NCBI GenBank assembly: GCA_963805855.1
Contig: CAWDVW010000007.1
Coordinates: 96,001 to 160,000, forward strand
DNA length: 64,000 nt
Direction: 5' to 3'
Origin: Candidatus Dadabacteria bacterium
Lineage (GTDB): Bacteria; Desulfobacterota_D; UBA1144; Nemesobacterales; CSP1-2
Part shown: positions 10,927-21,451 of the stretch, in pieces
Layout: each line of letters begins with the position of its first letter
Numbering within the stretch: position 1 is the stretch's first letter
Program-made: the position numbers and the translations under genes
Notes under the pieces: model-generated
What the model was told of the DNA's origin: nothing
Seen by the model: only the letters and a program-made list of their open reading frames with translations
The model's database searches: none

Positions 10927-11335
10927 CGATCAAATCAATTCCTTTTTCTTTGAAGTTTAAAACAGAATCATCGAGTAACCAGGCCCGTCCGTCATTGTAT
11001 TTGCCTTTATTAATTGATAATATGATATATATCCACTCTGGCCATGCGCGGGACCTATCAAACTCTGACGGTAGGGATGGATGATCCGGATGCGAGTGAT
11101 ATATGCCCAGGATTTCAAGCCTATTCTTTCTTGCCCAGTCGTCTGCTTCATTGAAAGACGTTGGATCTAATTCGTAACGATCATGTGTTCTTTCTTCGTT
11201 TAAATTTCTGCACTGTTTGCAGACTTTAATCTCGCCATTTTTACCGATCAAGACCCCGCACACCTCGTTCGGATATCCCGATTCAGCGTGTTTTATCAAT
11301 TCTAAATATGTAGATTTCAAGATCCTTACCACCAT
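10916..11335 (-). CDS. JAB/MPN (M67) metallopeptidase, Mec-like
   Basis: PNEVCG and YHSHPDHPSLPSEFD JAMM motif. Confidence 0.9.
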   Translation of the reverse strand: MVVRILKSTYLELIKHAESGYPNEVCGVLIGKNGEIKVCKQCRNLNEERTHDRYELDPTSFNEADDWARKNRLEILGIYHSHPDHPSLPSEFDRSRAWPEWIYIILSINKGKYNDGRAWLLDDSVLNFKEKGIDLIDEK

Positions 11336-12273
11336 ATACCTCCGCTGAGGTATCTGTAACCGCTGTCGGGCAGTAGCGTGACCAGAACTCCCTCATCCAA
11401 TCTCTTCGCATACTCCAGCGTCGCATGAATGACCGCGCCTCCCGAATGTCCGACAAATATCCCCTCGGTTTTGAGAAGTTCTTTCATGACCCTGTACGAA
11501 TCTTCTGTTGGTACGTAAAGTCGTTCATCGGGAAAGATTGGATCAAATATCCCGGGGACTATTGATGTTGCCATGTGCTTCAAGCCTTCCAGTCCATGAA
11601 GGGATTCAGCGGGTTCAATCGATATAACCTTTATATTGGGGTTATATTCTCTTAACCTTTTACCTGTGCCCATCAGTGTACCGCTGGTTCCGACCCCCGC
11701 GAGGAAGTGTGTGATCCTTCCGCGTGTTTGTTGCAAAATTTCCGGTCCTGTAGATTCATAATGGGAAATCGGATTTAACGGGTTATTGTACTGATCGGGC
11801 ATGAAGTATTTCTCCGGGTTTTGGGCTCTCAATTTCTGAGCCAGCTTAATTGCACCATCTGAGCCCTCAAGGGGATTAGAATAGATTATTCTAGACCCAA
11901 ATGCCTCTAGCGTTTTCTTTCTCTCTATATTTATATTTTCGGGCGTTACTAGCTCAACTCTGTAGCCAAGTGCTGCTCCAAGCATTGCATAAGCAATAGC
12001 TGTGTTGCCAGATGATGAATCCATAATGACTTTGTCTTTGGTTAATTTGCCGGAGCGGACTCCTTCGAGAATCATCCAAAGCGCGGGGCGATCTTTTACG
12101 GAGCCTCCCGGGTTAAACCATTCTGCCTTGGCGTAAATCTCAACATCCGAATTAAGATCCTGTGTTATTTTCCCGAGCCTTATAAGTGGCGTGTTCCCAA
12201 TCAGATCTATTACAGAGTCTGCTCTTCTTACCCCAAGAGTGGATTGAATTGCTTTTGTTAATGGGGAATCCAT
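11326..12273 (-). CDS. cysM: PLP-dependent cysteine synthase family protein
   Basis: IGNTPL, NPGGSVKDR, SSGNT, GTSGT, PDSGYRYLS. Confidence 0.88.
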   Translation of the reverse strand: MDSPLTKAIQSTLGVRRADSVIDLIGNTPLIRLGKITQDLNSDVEIYAKAEWFNPGGSVKDRPALWMILEGVRSGKLTKDKVIMDSSSGNTAIAYAMLGAALGYRVELVTPENINIERKKTLEAFGSRIIYSNPLEGSDGAIKLAQKLRAQNPEKYFMPDQYNNPLNPISHYESTGPEILQQTRGRITHFLAGVGTSGTLMGTGKRLREYNPNIKVISIEPAESLHGLEGLKHMATSIVPGIFDPIFPDERLYVPTEDSYRVMKELLKTEGIFVGHSGGAVIHATLEYAKRLDEGVLVTLLPDSGYRYLSGGIWW

Positions 12274-12509
12274 TAGCGGCGCTCAATTAAGATTGTGTAG
12301 AAATCACCTTTTTGACGAATTTCCAGGATTCTATGTCCCTCTTCCTTTACACTTCTTGGGACATTGGTTAAGGGTTCTCCGTCTCTCAGGATCACTTCTA
12401 AAATCTGTCCGGAGCGTAAGGTATCGAGTTTTAGTTTTGTCTTTACAAATGTCATGGGACAAATTTCTTTAGTTATATCAATTGTTTGATCCGCAAGTTT
12501 TGTGATCAT
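12273..12509 (-). CDS. TusA family sulfur carrier
   Basis: IDITKEICPMTFVKTK (CPxT variant of CPxP), 78 aa. Confidence 0.88.
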   Translation of the reverse strand: MITKLADQTIDITKEICPMTFVKTKLKLDTLRSGQILEVILRDGEPLTNVPRSVKEEGHRILEIRQKGDFYTILIERR

Positions 12510-12640
12510 CTTGTGTAAGATCAGATAAACTAGAAGTATTTATCTTTGTTAGGTTACCACAAAAAAGGGAAGAGACAAATAGCTATAGCTTAACAAAATT
12601 ACAATAATAAGATGGGGTTGAGGTGCGGTGTTAATTGGAT

Positions 12641-13372
12641 TCAATCAGATGAAATTCTCACGTCGTTCCTACTATTGCCATGCTTCAGCCAAGATATAAT
12701 GGATTCAAAAATAAGCTTTCCGTCTCTTCCGCCTAGAACTTCCTCACAGCACCTTTCAGGGTGTGGCATCATACCTAGAATATTGCCTTGTGGATTTAAT
12801 ATTCCAGCAATATTTTCAAGAGACCCATTTGGGTTTGATTCCGAGTTTGCCAGTCCGTCTTGGTCACAATATTTAAAAGCAATTCGAGAATTTCCCTTCA
12901 GGTATTCAATATCATCGTGATCAGCGTAATAGCTGCCCTCGGCATGCGCTATAGGTATTTTTAATACATCTCCTTTATGAAAGATATGAGTGAACGGGCT
13001 TGTGTTGTTTTCAATACGAATGTCAACCCATTTGCATATAAACTTTGTTGAGGCATTTTTAATAAACGCACCAGGAAGTAGCCTTGCCTCGACTAGAATT
13101 TGAAACCCATTGCAAATTCCTATTACAGGTTTTCCCGTTTTAGCGAAATTCTTTACCTCCTTCATTATATTAGAGAACCTCGCTATGGCGCCCGTTCTTA
13201 GGTAATCTCCGTATGAAAACCCACCAGGCAATACTAAGCAGTCGAAACCATCCAAAGATTTACTCTCATGCCATACATACTCACATCGTTGATCAAATAC
13301 GTGCTTTATCGCATGATAGCAGTCATGATCGCAGTTTGAACCGGGGAAGACGATTATTCCAAAGTTTGCCAT
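12641..13372 (-). CDS. purQ: FGAM synthase subunit PurQ
   Basis: FPGSNCD, PGGFSYGDYLR, GICNGFQ, GMMPHPER. Confidence 0.97.
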   Translation of the reverse strand: MANFGIIVFPGSNCDHDCYHAIKHVFDQRCEYVWHESKSLDGFDCLVLPGGFSYGDYLRTGAIARFSNIMKEVKNFAKTGKPVIGICNGFQILVEARLLPGAFIKNASTKFICKWVDIRIENNTSPFTHIFHKGDVLKIPIAHAEGSYYADHDDIEYLKGNSRIAFKYCDQDGLANSESNPNGSLENIAGILNPQGNILGMMPHPERCCEEVLGGRDGKLIFESIISWLKHGNSRNDVRISSD

Positions 13373-13511
13373 TACCTACCCTTTGCTATTTTATATAAGT
13401 GTCAATATATGCTTAACCGAAATTATCAGATCAACAAGACTAAATCAGGGACTCTCAATTACTGTTTCTCGGTAACCTTAATTTCTCCTTAGAGGGTTTC
13501 ATTCCGAATAA

Positions 13512-13760
13512 TCACTTAATGCTGATAATGAAATCTTCAATCACAGGATTTGCCAGAAGTTTGTCGCACATTTCTTCAACTAGTGCTTTAACGTTTCCTT
13601 TGTCGGTGTTTCTTACAGTTAGTTCGATCAACTTTCCGACTCTGGTTTCTATCACTTGAATATAACCCAGGTTATGAAGGGCTGATAGCACGGTTTTACC
13701 CTGTGGATCCAACACCACAGATTTTAGCTTTACTTCGACTTTGACTTTAAAATCCTTCAT
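13512..13760 (-). CDS. purS: FGAM synthase subunit PurS
   Basis: LDPQG, LLANPVIE. Confidence 0.95.
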   Translation of the reverse strand: MKDFKVKVEVKLKSVVLDPQGKTVLSALHNLGYIQVIETRVGKLIELTVRNTDKGNVKALVEEMCDKLLANPVIEDFIISIK

Positions 13761-13796
13761 TTTCTTGCCGTTGGCTCAGGCACGAGGGTTTATCGT

Positions 13797-14651
13797 TTAC
13801 CCTCTTGTCATTAACGATTCAATGATTCTTTCCAGATCATCAAGGGAATAGTATTCGATTTCGATTTTGCCCTTGCCATTCCTGTCAATGATTTTGATCT
13901 GAGTCCCCAATGCTCTCTTCAGTCGTTCTGTAACATTGCTAATAAAGGGGTCGGCGTATTTTTGCTTTTTATCAGATTCCCTCTCTTTGATTGAACCTTG
14001 TACAAGTTTTTCTGTCTGTCTCACCGAGAGTTTATTTCGTTTTATTAGCTCAAGAATCTCTAGTGCCTTGCTTTGTGATTCTATGCTCAGGATTGCCCTT
14101 GCGTGTCCTGCACTGATTTCCCTGTTTTTTATTGCCTGTTTTACCCGCTCAGGAAGCTTGAGGAGTCTAATTTGATTTGTTATTGTAGATCTATCCTTTC
14201 CTATTCTTTTTGAGATCTCATCGTGGGTTAATCCAAAATCTCCAATGAGTTGCTCGTACGCAATTGCCTCCTCTAGCGGGTTTAAATCCTCTCTTTGAAG
14301 ATTCTCAATTAACGCTAGTTCCAGGACCTCGCTTTCTGAAGCATCTTTTAGGATGATTGGTATCCTTTTGAGGCCAGCTTTTTGAGCTGCTCTCCAGCGT
14401 CGTTCACCTGCAATTATTTCATAGCTATCCCCAATTTTTCTTCCTACCAGTGGCTGTATGATTCCCTTTTCTTTGATTGATGATGCAAGCTCGTCGATAC
14501 CATCTTCGTCAAATTCTTTTCTCGGCTGGTAGGAGTTTGGTTTAATTCGATCGATATCGGCTAGAATATATCCTTTTGCCTCCTCATCGATTGGGATGAG
14601 TGCATCGAGTCCTCTACCCAAAGTGACTTTCTTCAACCTTTTCACCTCCAT
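13797..14651 (-). CDS. parB: chromosome partitioning protein ParB/Spo0J
   Basis: LGRGLDAL, QPRKEF, IAGERRWRA, ENLQREDL. Confidence 0.96.
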   Translation of the reverse strand: MEVKRLKKVTLGRGLDALIPIDEEAKGYILADIDRIKPNSYQPRKEFDEDGIDELASSIKEKGIIQPLVGRKIGDSYEIIAGERRWRAAQKAGLKRIPIILKDASESEVLELALIENLQREDLNPLEEAIAYEQLIGDFGLTHDEISKRIGKDRSTITNQIRLLKLPERVKQAIKNREISAGHARAILSIESQSKALEILELIKRNKLSVRQTEKLVQGSIKERESDKKQKYADPFISNVTERLKRALGTQIKIIDRNGKGKIEIEYYSLDDLERIIESLMTRG

Positions 14652-15420
14652 GCCTTGCTATGATCTCTTGGGCGAGGTACATATAGCTCTCGGCTCCGAC
14701 GGATTTGCTATCATACAATAGAACAGGTTTCCCGTGGCTCGGTGATTCCGCAAGCCTGACATTCCTAGGAATTCTTGTCTGGAACACCAGATCTTTGAAG
14801 TAATCAATCACTTCATTTGCAACTACATGACATATTTTGTTTCTTGGATCGAACATTGTTAAAAGATAACCTTCAATTTCAAGATTCGGGTTTAGTCTCT
14901 GATTGATTAGTGAGATTGTTCTCTTAAGCTGTCCAAGTCCTTCCATAGCATAGTACTCGCACTGAACCGGTATGATGACAGAATTCGCAGCGGTAAGGGC
15001 GTTTACTGTTAGTAAACTAAGTGATGGCGGACTGTCAATAAATATGTAGTCGTATTCATTTACTATTGGTTCAATAATGTCTTTCAGTCTCCATTCACGT
15101 CTTTCAACGTATATTAGCTCAATCTCTGCTCCCGTAAGGGACGAATTTGAGGGTGCGACACTAAGGTAGCCTTTAAGGATGTCAGGTTCTAATTCCACTA
15201 TGGTTTCTCTGATGCTAACCTCACCAATTACGGCATTATAGATGCTTTTCTCAAGCTTATCCTTGTCGATACCGACACCGCTTGTAGCATTGCCCTGCGG
15301 GTCGAAATCAATAAATATGGATTTCTTGTGGGAGGCGGCAAGACAGGCTGAAAGATTTACAACTGTTGTTGTCTTCCCCACGCCACCCTTTTGATTTGCG
15401 ACACATATTATTTTCCCCAT
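14614..15420 (-). CDS. parA: chromosome partitioning ATPase ParA/Soj
   Basis: NQKGGVGKTTT, DPQGNAT, IPRNVRLAESPSHG. Confidence 0.96.
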   Translation of the reverse strand: MGKIICVANQKGGVGKTTTVVNLSACLAASHKKSIFIDFDPQGNATSGVGIDKDKLEKSIYNAVIGEVSIRETIVELEPDILKGYLSVAPSNSSLTGAEIELIYVERREWRLKDIIEPIVNEYDYIFIDSPPSLSLLTVNALTAANSVIIPVQCEYYAMEGLGQLKRTISLINQRLNPNLEIEGYLLTMFDPRNKICHVVANEVIDYFKDLVFQTRIPRNVRLAESPSHGKPVLLYDSKSVGAESYMYLAQEIIARHGGEKVEESHFG

Positions 15421-16351
15421 ATTGACGGTTTCCGTATGATCTAAAAACCCTTGTTGAAAACGTTATATAAAATTTCAGCAGTTGATCAATTTAAAATTAA
15501 GAATGCAATATTTCGACGTAAATCCGATATCCCACTCATTCTTGAAAACTACGCTCTGTCTGAACCTTACGAAAAAATATGACTACGATCAAGCAAATTA
15601 AATTTATTTTTAATATCATATTATCCATTCCTATCTTATTCTGCAATACTCGAACTGTGATGAATGTGATTATTTAAACGCTTTTTAATAGTTGGCGCAT
15701 TACTGTTGACGGGATGCGCGGCACCTCCCTCCCTAACATGGAAATTATAGTAATAGAAAAAAATCATTTGTATGCAGTTTCTGGGATTTTTGAAATTAGT
15801 CTCTTGGTTGTTTTGATCATAAGCTGAAGCCCGCTTTGATAATATTTGCAATAACTTTGGGTTGTTACGGTATGTTAAAATAGAGAAGTTAATTTAATTT
15901 AACTGAGAGCACGGTCGTAGCGTTATTTAAAAGAAATCTACCTTCCTCTAACCATGAGATTCAATAGACACTCATTGTCATAGTTGCGACGGTTTCTTCG
16001 ACACTAGAGTCTTTGAATGGCGAACGGTATTAAGTGTTTTGATCTAGCTTTTATTGAATTAAATATTAGTGTATCTTTTCTCCACGTTTTTCATCTCAGA
16101 TTCAAGTAAATTTAATAAAATTCGAGGAAAAGTAAAAGCGTGTTTTTTTTCAGGACAACGGTTAATTTGAAGCAGTATAGCATATTAGTCATTTGTCGCT
16201 CGGTACGCAGGATCGATTGTTGTCGGGCTGGAAAATCTCGCTAATGAATGTGGATAGTATAAAAAATAATGAGTTAATCTTCTCTAAGTGTAAGTGCTCG
16301 TTTTGAATGCGGCTTTTAATCATAAATTGCAGTATAGGAATAAGGGAATAG

Positions 16352-17890
16352 TTGATTAATATGTTGAAAAGTATTTCGGTAGCACTCTTTGTGTTCAATC
16401 TTATATTTTCTGGAGAGGCATATTCGGCTTCTGGATTTATGGACTCATATATGAATTCAACTACCTCTGGTGCTAAAGAGATCGCTGAAGCAGGGGACTT
16501 AAAACATGAGGAGGAAGTCGAATCAATAAATGAAGATGGTGTAACAGAGCCTGCCGATATCAAAAAACTGGGGGTCAAAGATTTTCTTCGCGATACCGCT
16601 ATCTCTTACGGATTAATGTGGGCAATGCGTTTTTTTTACGTCAGGAACAAGGACCAGAGAATCTTCAGTGCATCAGCCTCAGGCTGGTGGGATCACATAA
16701 CGGAAGCTCCTGTGGTAGATGACGGAGATGGGTTTCAAACAAATTATGTTACTCATCCTCTTATCGGTGCAGTGCAGTATCTTTACTATCGGGCAATGGG
16801 TTGGGGTTATTGGGGAGCATTTTTAGGGGCATTTGTTCAAAGCACGCTTTTCGAATATACGGTTGAGGGAACGGTAGAAAACCCTTCGCTCCCCGATCTA
16901 ATTTCCACACCTGTGATCGGAGCCCCCGTCGGATTTCTCGCTGAAACAATATCCGATTGGCTTATCACACGGGACAGCAGGGTGGCTAAATTCGCTGCGC
17001 ACGTCGTCAACCCGATGAGGAATTTTATCCATGACAGGAAGCTGGTACTGTTGAACCCCATTAATGGCAGCTTTGAATTCAGTGGTACATTTACGATGAC
17101 ACCCAACAAAGGTAAGGCCGTTGAACTATCATATCCTTATTTTTTTGAATCTCCCTTTCCGCTGGGACGATTTATGGGGCTGATCGAGGCCGTTAGCACG
17201 AAAGAGGTTTTGGGGGATGGGGAATTTATCTTTTACGACGTAAGGGCCGACTTTCCTTCTTCGACCGGCCTCTGGGGTCTGTATGTAAAAATCTCTCAGG
17301 CTGGTACAGACAATATAACTATCGAGGGGGAAAACATTAGTAATGGATTCGAATTTGCGAATATTCTGGCGGGTGGAAAATTCCTGATGTATAAGACTCA
17401 TAATTCGGTTTTGTCCGGTGGAATGGACATGATTTTACCCACAGCATACAAGGATAATATACAGCGGCTCGAAACGGTTACGCGTTATAGGAGGGATTTT
17501 CCTATTTATCTTAAAGATGCGTTTACCCTTTCACCATATATTGCTGCCGCTACATGGAAGAAGGGGTTCAGTGTACAAGCAAATCTGGGACTTGATCTCA
17601 TAACGAATGCAAGCAACCTGGAGGGAGAGGACGTCGAACTTAGGATTAAATATGGCGCCGCGGCCGGTTGGAATTTTAAGGTTCCAACCTCACCTTTATT
17701 GTTCGTTGAGTTTGATGGTTATACTATGCCGACTGCTACCAGTACAAAAAAGACGGACACATTCATTACTTCCGGTGTAAGGTTTGGGAAAAAATTCAGT
17801 CCGGGAATAGGAGTACAATTTCCAGTGTCGGGTTCGACTTCCGATATAGCCGATGCGAGTTTTATTGCCGATGTTCAATTGAGGTTTTGA
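16352..17890 (+). CDS. DUF3943-like domain protein with putative C-terminal beta-barrel
   Basis: signal peptide; DGDGFQTNYVTHP..G..Y..R..G, FEY..E..PS..DLI.TP..G; alternating beta pattern ending in terminal Phe; start uncertain. Confidence 0.65.
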   Translation: MINMLKSISVALFVFNLIFSGEAYSASGFMDSYMNSTTSGAKEIAEAGDLKHEEEVESINEDGVTEPADIKKLGVKDFLRDTAISYGLMWAMRFFYVRNKDQRIFSASASGWWDHITEAPVVDDGDGFQTNYVTHPLIGAVQYLYYRAMGWGYWGAFLGAFVQSTLFEYTVEGTVENPSLPDLISTPVIGAPVGFLAETISDWLITRDSRVAKFAAHVVNPMRNFIHDRKLVLLNPINGSFEFSGTFTMTPNKGKAVELSYPYFFESPFPLGRFMGLIEAVSTKEVLGDGEFIFYDVRADFPSSTGLWGLYVKISQAGTDNITIEGENISNGFEFANILAGGKFLMYKTHNSVLSGGMDMILPTAYKDNIQRLETVTRYRRDFPIYLKDAFTLSPYIAAATWKKGFSVQANLGLDLITNASNLEGEDVELRIKYGAAAGWNFKVPTSPLLFVEFDGYTMPTATSTKKTDTFITSGVRFGKKFSPGIGVQFPVSGSTSDIADASFIADVQLRF

Positions 17891-18012
17891 TCTAGCGAGG
17901 TGTAACTGGTGCAGCGCGCGCGGATATAGTGCTGATTGGGTTCAATGGCTCCTGCCTGTTAAAGTAAATTTAAGAATTATCCTAACTTTGCTTTCCCTTT
18001 GGTTATAAAGAT

Positions 18013-18300
18013 CTATTTAGACAGTTTTTTTTCAAATTTGTCTATTGGTATTGCAGCGAGCGTCATTATCTTTACCGTACCCCGTGAACCTAGTTCAATA
18101 GAGACCCTTGAAATGGTCTCGTTGTTTGCTGCCTCTACTATATTTACGAAGTCGTAAGGTCCAAGAACAGCATATTGTTCCAATACCTTTACTCCCATCT
18201 TTTCAATTTCCTTATTTACCTCTTTAATCCTTTCGGGTCTCATCTTGATAGTTTTTCTTCCTTCATCTGTCAGTGTGCTGAGCATTATATATTTCCCCAA
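18013..18300 (-). CDS. GYD domain protein
   Basis: LGPYDFVNIVEA, TDEG. Confidence 0.85.
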   Translation of the reverse strand: MGKYIMLSTLTDEGRKTIKMRPERIKEVNKEIEKMGVKVLEQYAVLGPYDFVNIVEAANNETISRVSIELGSRGTVKIMTLAAIPIDKFEKKLSK

Positions 18301-18557
18301 CGCTTTTATCCTCCTCGATGAATGGTTTCAAATATGAGTTGTTTATTTTGTTCTAAAGGTAACTTAAGAAATTGTCGTACACAAATTGCGATGAGAAGTT
18401 TTGTCGGATGTCAATCTTGGTTATATTGGGGTGGTACTAAAAGGGGGGCCATTATCTATCACTCTAGAATGCGATCTCATACGTTTGACATTTTAGGTTT
18501 TAAGGTATATTTTAACGTCCCATAATCAAGGGAAATAACCAAAAAAAGGAGGTAAGA

Positions 18558-18941
18558 TTGAAGGCCCTAGGGAGGCATTTTTTGGTAGAATACCATAGGT
18601 GTGACCCTGAAGTATTAAACCACAAGGAAAAGATAGAAGGAATTATGATAGAAGCTGCGAATATTTGTGGTGCGACTGTGCTGGAGAGTTCATTTCACAA
18701 CTACGCTCCTCAGGGCGTTAGTGGTATAATTGTCATTGCCGAGTCTCATATCGCGATTCACACATGGCCAGAATTCCATTACGCTGCCGTAGATATATTC
18801 ACTTGTGGTACTAAGGTTGATCCCTGGAAGGCATATCATCACATAAAGGTTTGCTTAGACTCCAGGGAGACTAGCATCCGTGAAATTGAAAGAGGTGAAT
18901 TTACCCAGCTTGAAAGCAGGGTGGTTCACGGGTCTATATAG
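18558..18941 (+). CDS. speD: S-adenosylmethionine decarboxylase proenzyme
   Basis: PQGVSG, AESHIAIHTWPE self-cleavage motif, DIFTCG; RBS AAGGAGG before TTG. Confidence 0.9.
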   Translation: MKALGRHFLVEYHRCDPEVLNHKEKIEGIMIEAANICGATVLESSFHNYAPQGVSGIIVIAESHIAIHTWPEFHYAAVDIFTCGTKVDPWKAYHHIKVCLDSRETSIREIERGEFTQLESRVVHGSI

Positions 18942-19167
18942 ATATGGATGATTGGTTGTGTGTCAAACGTAATTTCATAAATTTGCCAGAAAATCCTGAT
19001 TTTCTAGCAGATGACCATTTGATTAATTTAAGGGTCTCACAAATGGAATTGGTATCTATCGCACTTTTGATGCTGAAGGGTGTGGTCTATCCAAGACTCA
19101 AGAACTACTCGATAATTTATGACGCCTCTTGATAATTCAGGGTTCACTTTTACCCTACAATTAACTA

Positions 19168-19497
19168 TTAAAGAGCCTTATTTATTAATCTTTCAATTTC
19201 GGTCTTTGGGACTGCGCCGATTACCTGCTCAAAGACCTGCCCATTTTTAAAAATTATGATGGTTGGAATGCTTCTGATTCCGTACTTCATTGTGGTTTCA
19301 TGATTTTCGTCCACATTAAGCTTGCCAACTTTGATTCGACCTGAATATGAACTCGAAATCTCTTCGACTACAGGAGCTAAAATTCTGCAGGGACCGCACC
19401 ATGGAGCCCAGAAGTCTACCAGAACCGGGATGTCGCTTTTTAGTACTTCACTGTCAAAGAGTGTATCGTTTAACTGTAAGATTCCGTCACTTGCCAT
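19168..19497 (-). CDS. trxA: thioredoxin
   Basis: WAPWCGPC, IRSIPT. Confidence 0.97.
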   Translation of the reverse strand: MASDGILQLNDTLFDSEVLKSDIPVLVDFWAPWCGPCRILAPVVEEISSSYSGRIKVGKLNVDENHETTMKYGIRSIPTIIIFKNGQVFEQVIGAVPKTEIERLINKAL

Positions 19498-19641
19498 ATT
19501 ATCCTCTCCTTAAGGTTCGATGATTTGTTTATTATTATATCTGACGTCGCATTTACCAATCAAGTAATGGTATTAGATTACACTAGTAAGGGAATAGAAT
19601 TTATTAGATATTAGTCTTTAAGAATGAAGTTCAATCTTCTC

Positions 19642-19690
19642 TTGACATTGTTTTTATAGTCATTAACCTCATAAGTAAGTAATTACTTAC
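19642..19690 (+). promoter_or_regulatory. promoter plus probable TetR operator
   Basis: TTGACA (19642-19647), 16 nt, TAACCT; perfect 16-bp palindrome GTAAGTAATTACTTAC at 19675-19690 over the predicted TSS. Confidence 0.75.
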
Positions 19691-19710
19691 AATAGGGGGG
19701 AGAGATCACA

Positions 19711-20316
19711 ATGTCGACGTTGACGGCTAGAGCGGTTGCGAAGGAGAAAATTTTAGAGAGTGCGGTGAAACTTTTTGCTGACAAGGGTTTTAGCGGTACT
19801 ACTACTAAGGAGATAGCCGAGAAATCGGGTGTGAATGAAGCCCTTATCTTCAGATACTTCTCTACAAAACGAGATCTTTATGGTTCTATTATAGAAAAGA
19901 AGATCAATGAAGAACCTGGGATTGAAAAGCCTCTTCAAAATTATGGGGCTGCAAAAGACGATTGGTCAATATTCAGGTCAATCGCTTTGCGGATGTTTGA
20001 CAAGTGTGGGAGAGACCCCGACTTTATAAGATTATTACATTACAGTGCACTGGAGGGACATGAATTATCGGATATGTTTTTTGATACATATGTAGAATAC
20101 ATCAATACGCTGCTTTCGGAGTATATAAAGGATCGAATATCAGATGGAGCGTTTAAAAAGATTAATCCACTGGTTGCCGCGCGGGCTTTTATAGGTATGG
20201 TAATAAATTACATAATTGTTCAGGAGCTCTTCAGGGAAAAAAGAAAGGGAAACCTTAAACGGGAAGACATAGTGGAATCATTTGTCACAATTTTTCTTGA
20301 AGGTATGAATATATAA
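19711..20316 (+). CDS. TetR/AcrR family transcriptional regulator
   Basis: ILESAVKLFADKGFSGTTTKEIAEKSGV..IFRYF HTH. Confidence 0.93.
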   Translation: MSTLTARAVAKEKILESAVKLFADKGFSGTTTKEIAEKSGVNEALIFRYFSTKRDLYGSIIEKKINEEPGIEKPLQNYGAAKDDWSIFRSIALRMFDKCGRDPDFIRLLHYSALEGHELSDMFFDTYVEYINTLLSEYIKDRISDGAFKKINPLVAARAFIGMVINYIIVQELFREKRKGNLKREDIVESFVTIFLEGMNI

Positions 20317-20338
20317 ATTCTATTAATAAAAAGTAAGT

Positions 20339-21451
20339 ATGTTCAAGAGACTGAATATGAAACTAAAGAAATTAAATTTGCTCTCCTTGTTATTAGGTGC
20401 CGCATTGATGATTGAGGCAATCAATTCTCATGCCCAGGCGCCACCGCCTGCACCTGTGGTAGTATCCGAAGTTAAACAACAGACTCTTCAAAAGCCTGTA
20501 ACACTCGTAGGTGCGGTTGAACCACTCAGGAGGAGCACGATAGCAAGCGAAATAGCAGGTCTCGTTGAAGATTTTCCCGTAGAAGAGGGTAACGTTGTTA
20601 AAAAGGGTGATCTATTGGCCAAGTTGCGTACAAAATCGCTTGAGATTGATCTCCGCGAGGCAAGGGCTCAAAAGGCGGAGGCCGAAGCCCGTTACCGCCT
20701 TGCGAAGAAAAACCTGGAACGTTTTCAAGAACTCTATAAGAAGGGGGTCGCATCTTTACAGCAGCTCCAGGACACGGAGGCTGAGAAGGATGCTATGTTA
20801 GCACGAGTATCTCAGCTTGAAGCCCAAATAGATAGTCACGCTTATGACCTCGCCAGATCCAAAATAGTTGCGCCGTTTGATGGATATGTGACCGCTGAAC
20901 ATACAGAAGTGGGTCAATGGATCGAAGTTGGAGGGCCCGTGGTTGAGCTGATAGATATAATTAGAGCTGAAGTTGATGTGGATGTGCCGGAACGTTATAT
21001 AAGTCAGATTAGGTTGGGTGACATTGCGGTTATTAATTTTGATGCATTGCCCAAGTTGTCGATTGAGGGGGAAATCGCATCTATAGTTCCCCAGGCTGAT
21101 AGGAAATCGCGAACCTTTCCCATTAAAATCGTGGTTGATAACAACGATGGTTTGATAAAAAGCGGTATGGTTGCCAGGGTGTCATTTTTGATCGGTGAAC
21201 CATCTCTCGTTAAGCTCGTTCCCAAAGATGCAATTGTTGAGCAAAATCGGAGCAACTTTGTTTATGTTGTAAATGATGGAGCTGCTGTCCCAGTGCAGGT
21301 CAATACGGGTATTGCATATAAGGATCTGATACAGATAACGGGACCCGTAGAAACGGGACAACTCGTCGTCACAAGGGGTAATGAAAGGCTTAGACCAAAT
21401 CAGCCAGTCAAAATTGTCGACAAAGATGGTATCCCGGAAGGAACGCAATGA
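20339..21451 (+). CDS. RND efflux periplasmic adaptor subunit
   Basis: VEEGNVVKKGDLL, coiled coil, APFDG; start may be a few codons later. Confidence 0.92.
   Translation: MFKRLNMKLKKLNLLSLLLGAALMIEAINSHAQAPPPAPVVVSEVKQQTLQKPVTLVGAVEPLRRSTIASEIAGLVEDFPVEEGNVVKKGDLLAKLRTKSLEIDLREARAQKAEAEARYRLAKKNLERFQELYKKGVASLQQLQDTEAEKDAMLARVSQLEAQIDSHAYDLARSKIVAPFDGYVTAEHTEVGQWIEVGGPVVELIDIIRAEVDVDVPERYISQIRLGDIAVINFDALPKLSIEGEIASIVPQADRKSRTFPIKIVVDNNDGLIKSGMVARVSFLIGEPSLVKLVPKDAIVEQNRSNFVYVVNDGAAVPVQVNTGIAYKDLIQITGPVETGQLVVTRGNERLRPNQPVKIVDKDGIPEGTQ

Noticed and set aside
15421-16351. Possible oriC (AT-rich gap beside parAB where gene orientation flips)
   Set aside because: Only one near-consensus DnaA box seen (TGTGGATAG at ~16249), no cluster, no dnaA and no parS palindrome recognised.
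18944-19132. 62-aa ORF after speD as a possible speE remnant
   Set aside because: No spermidine synthase motifs recognised.
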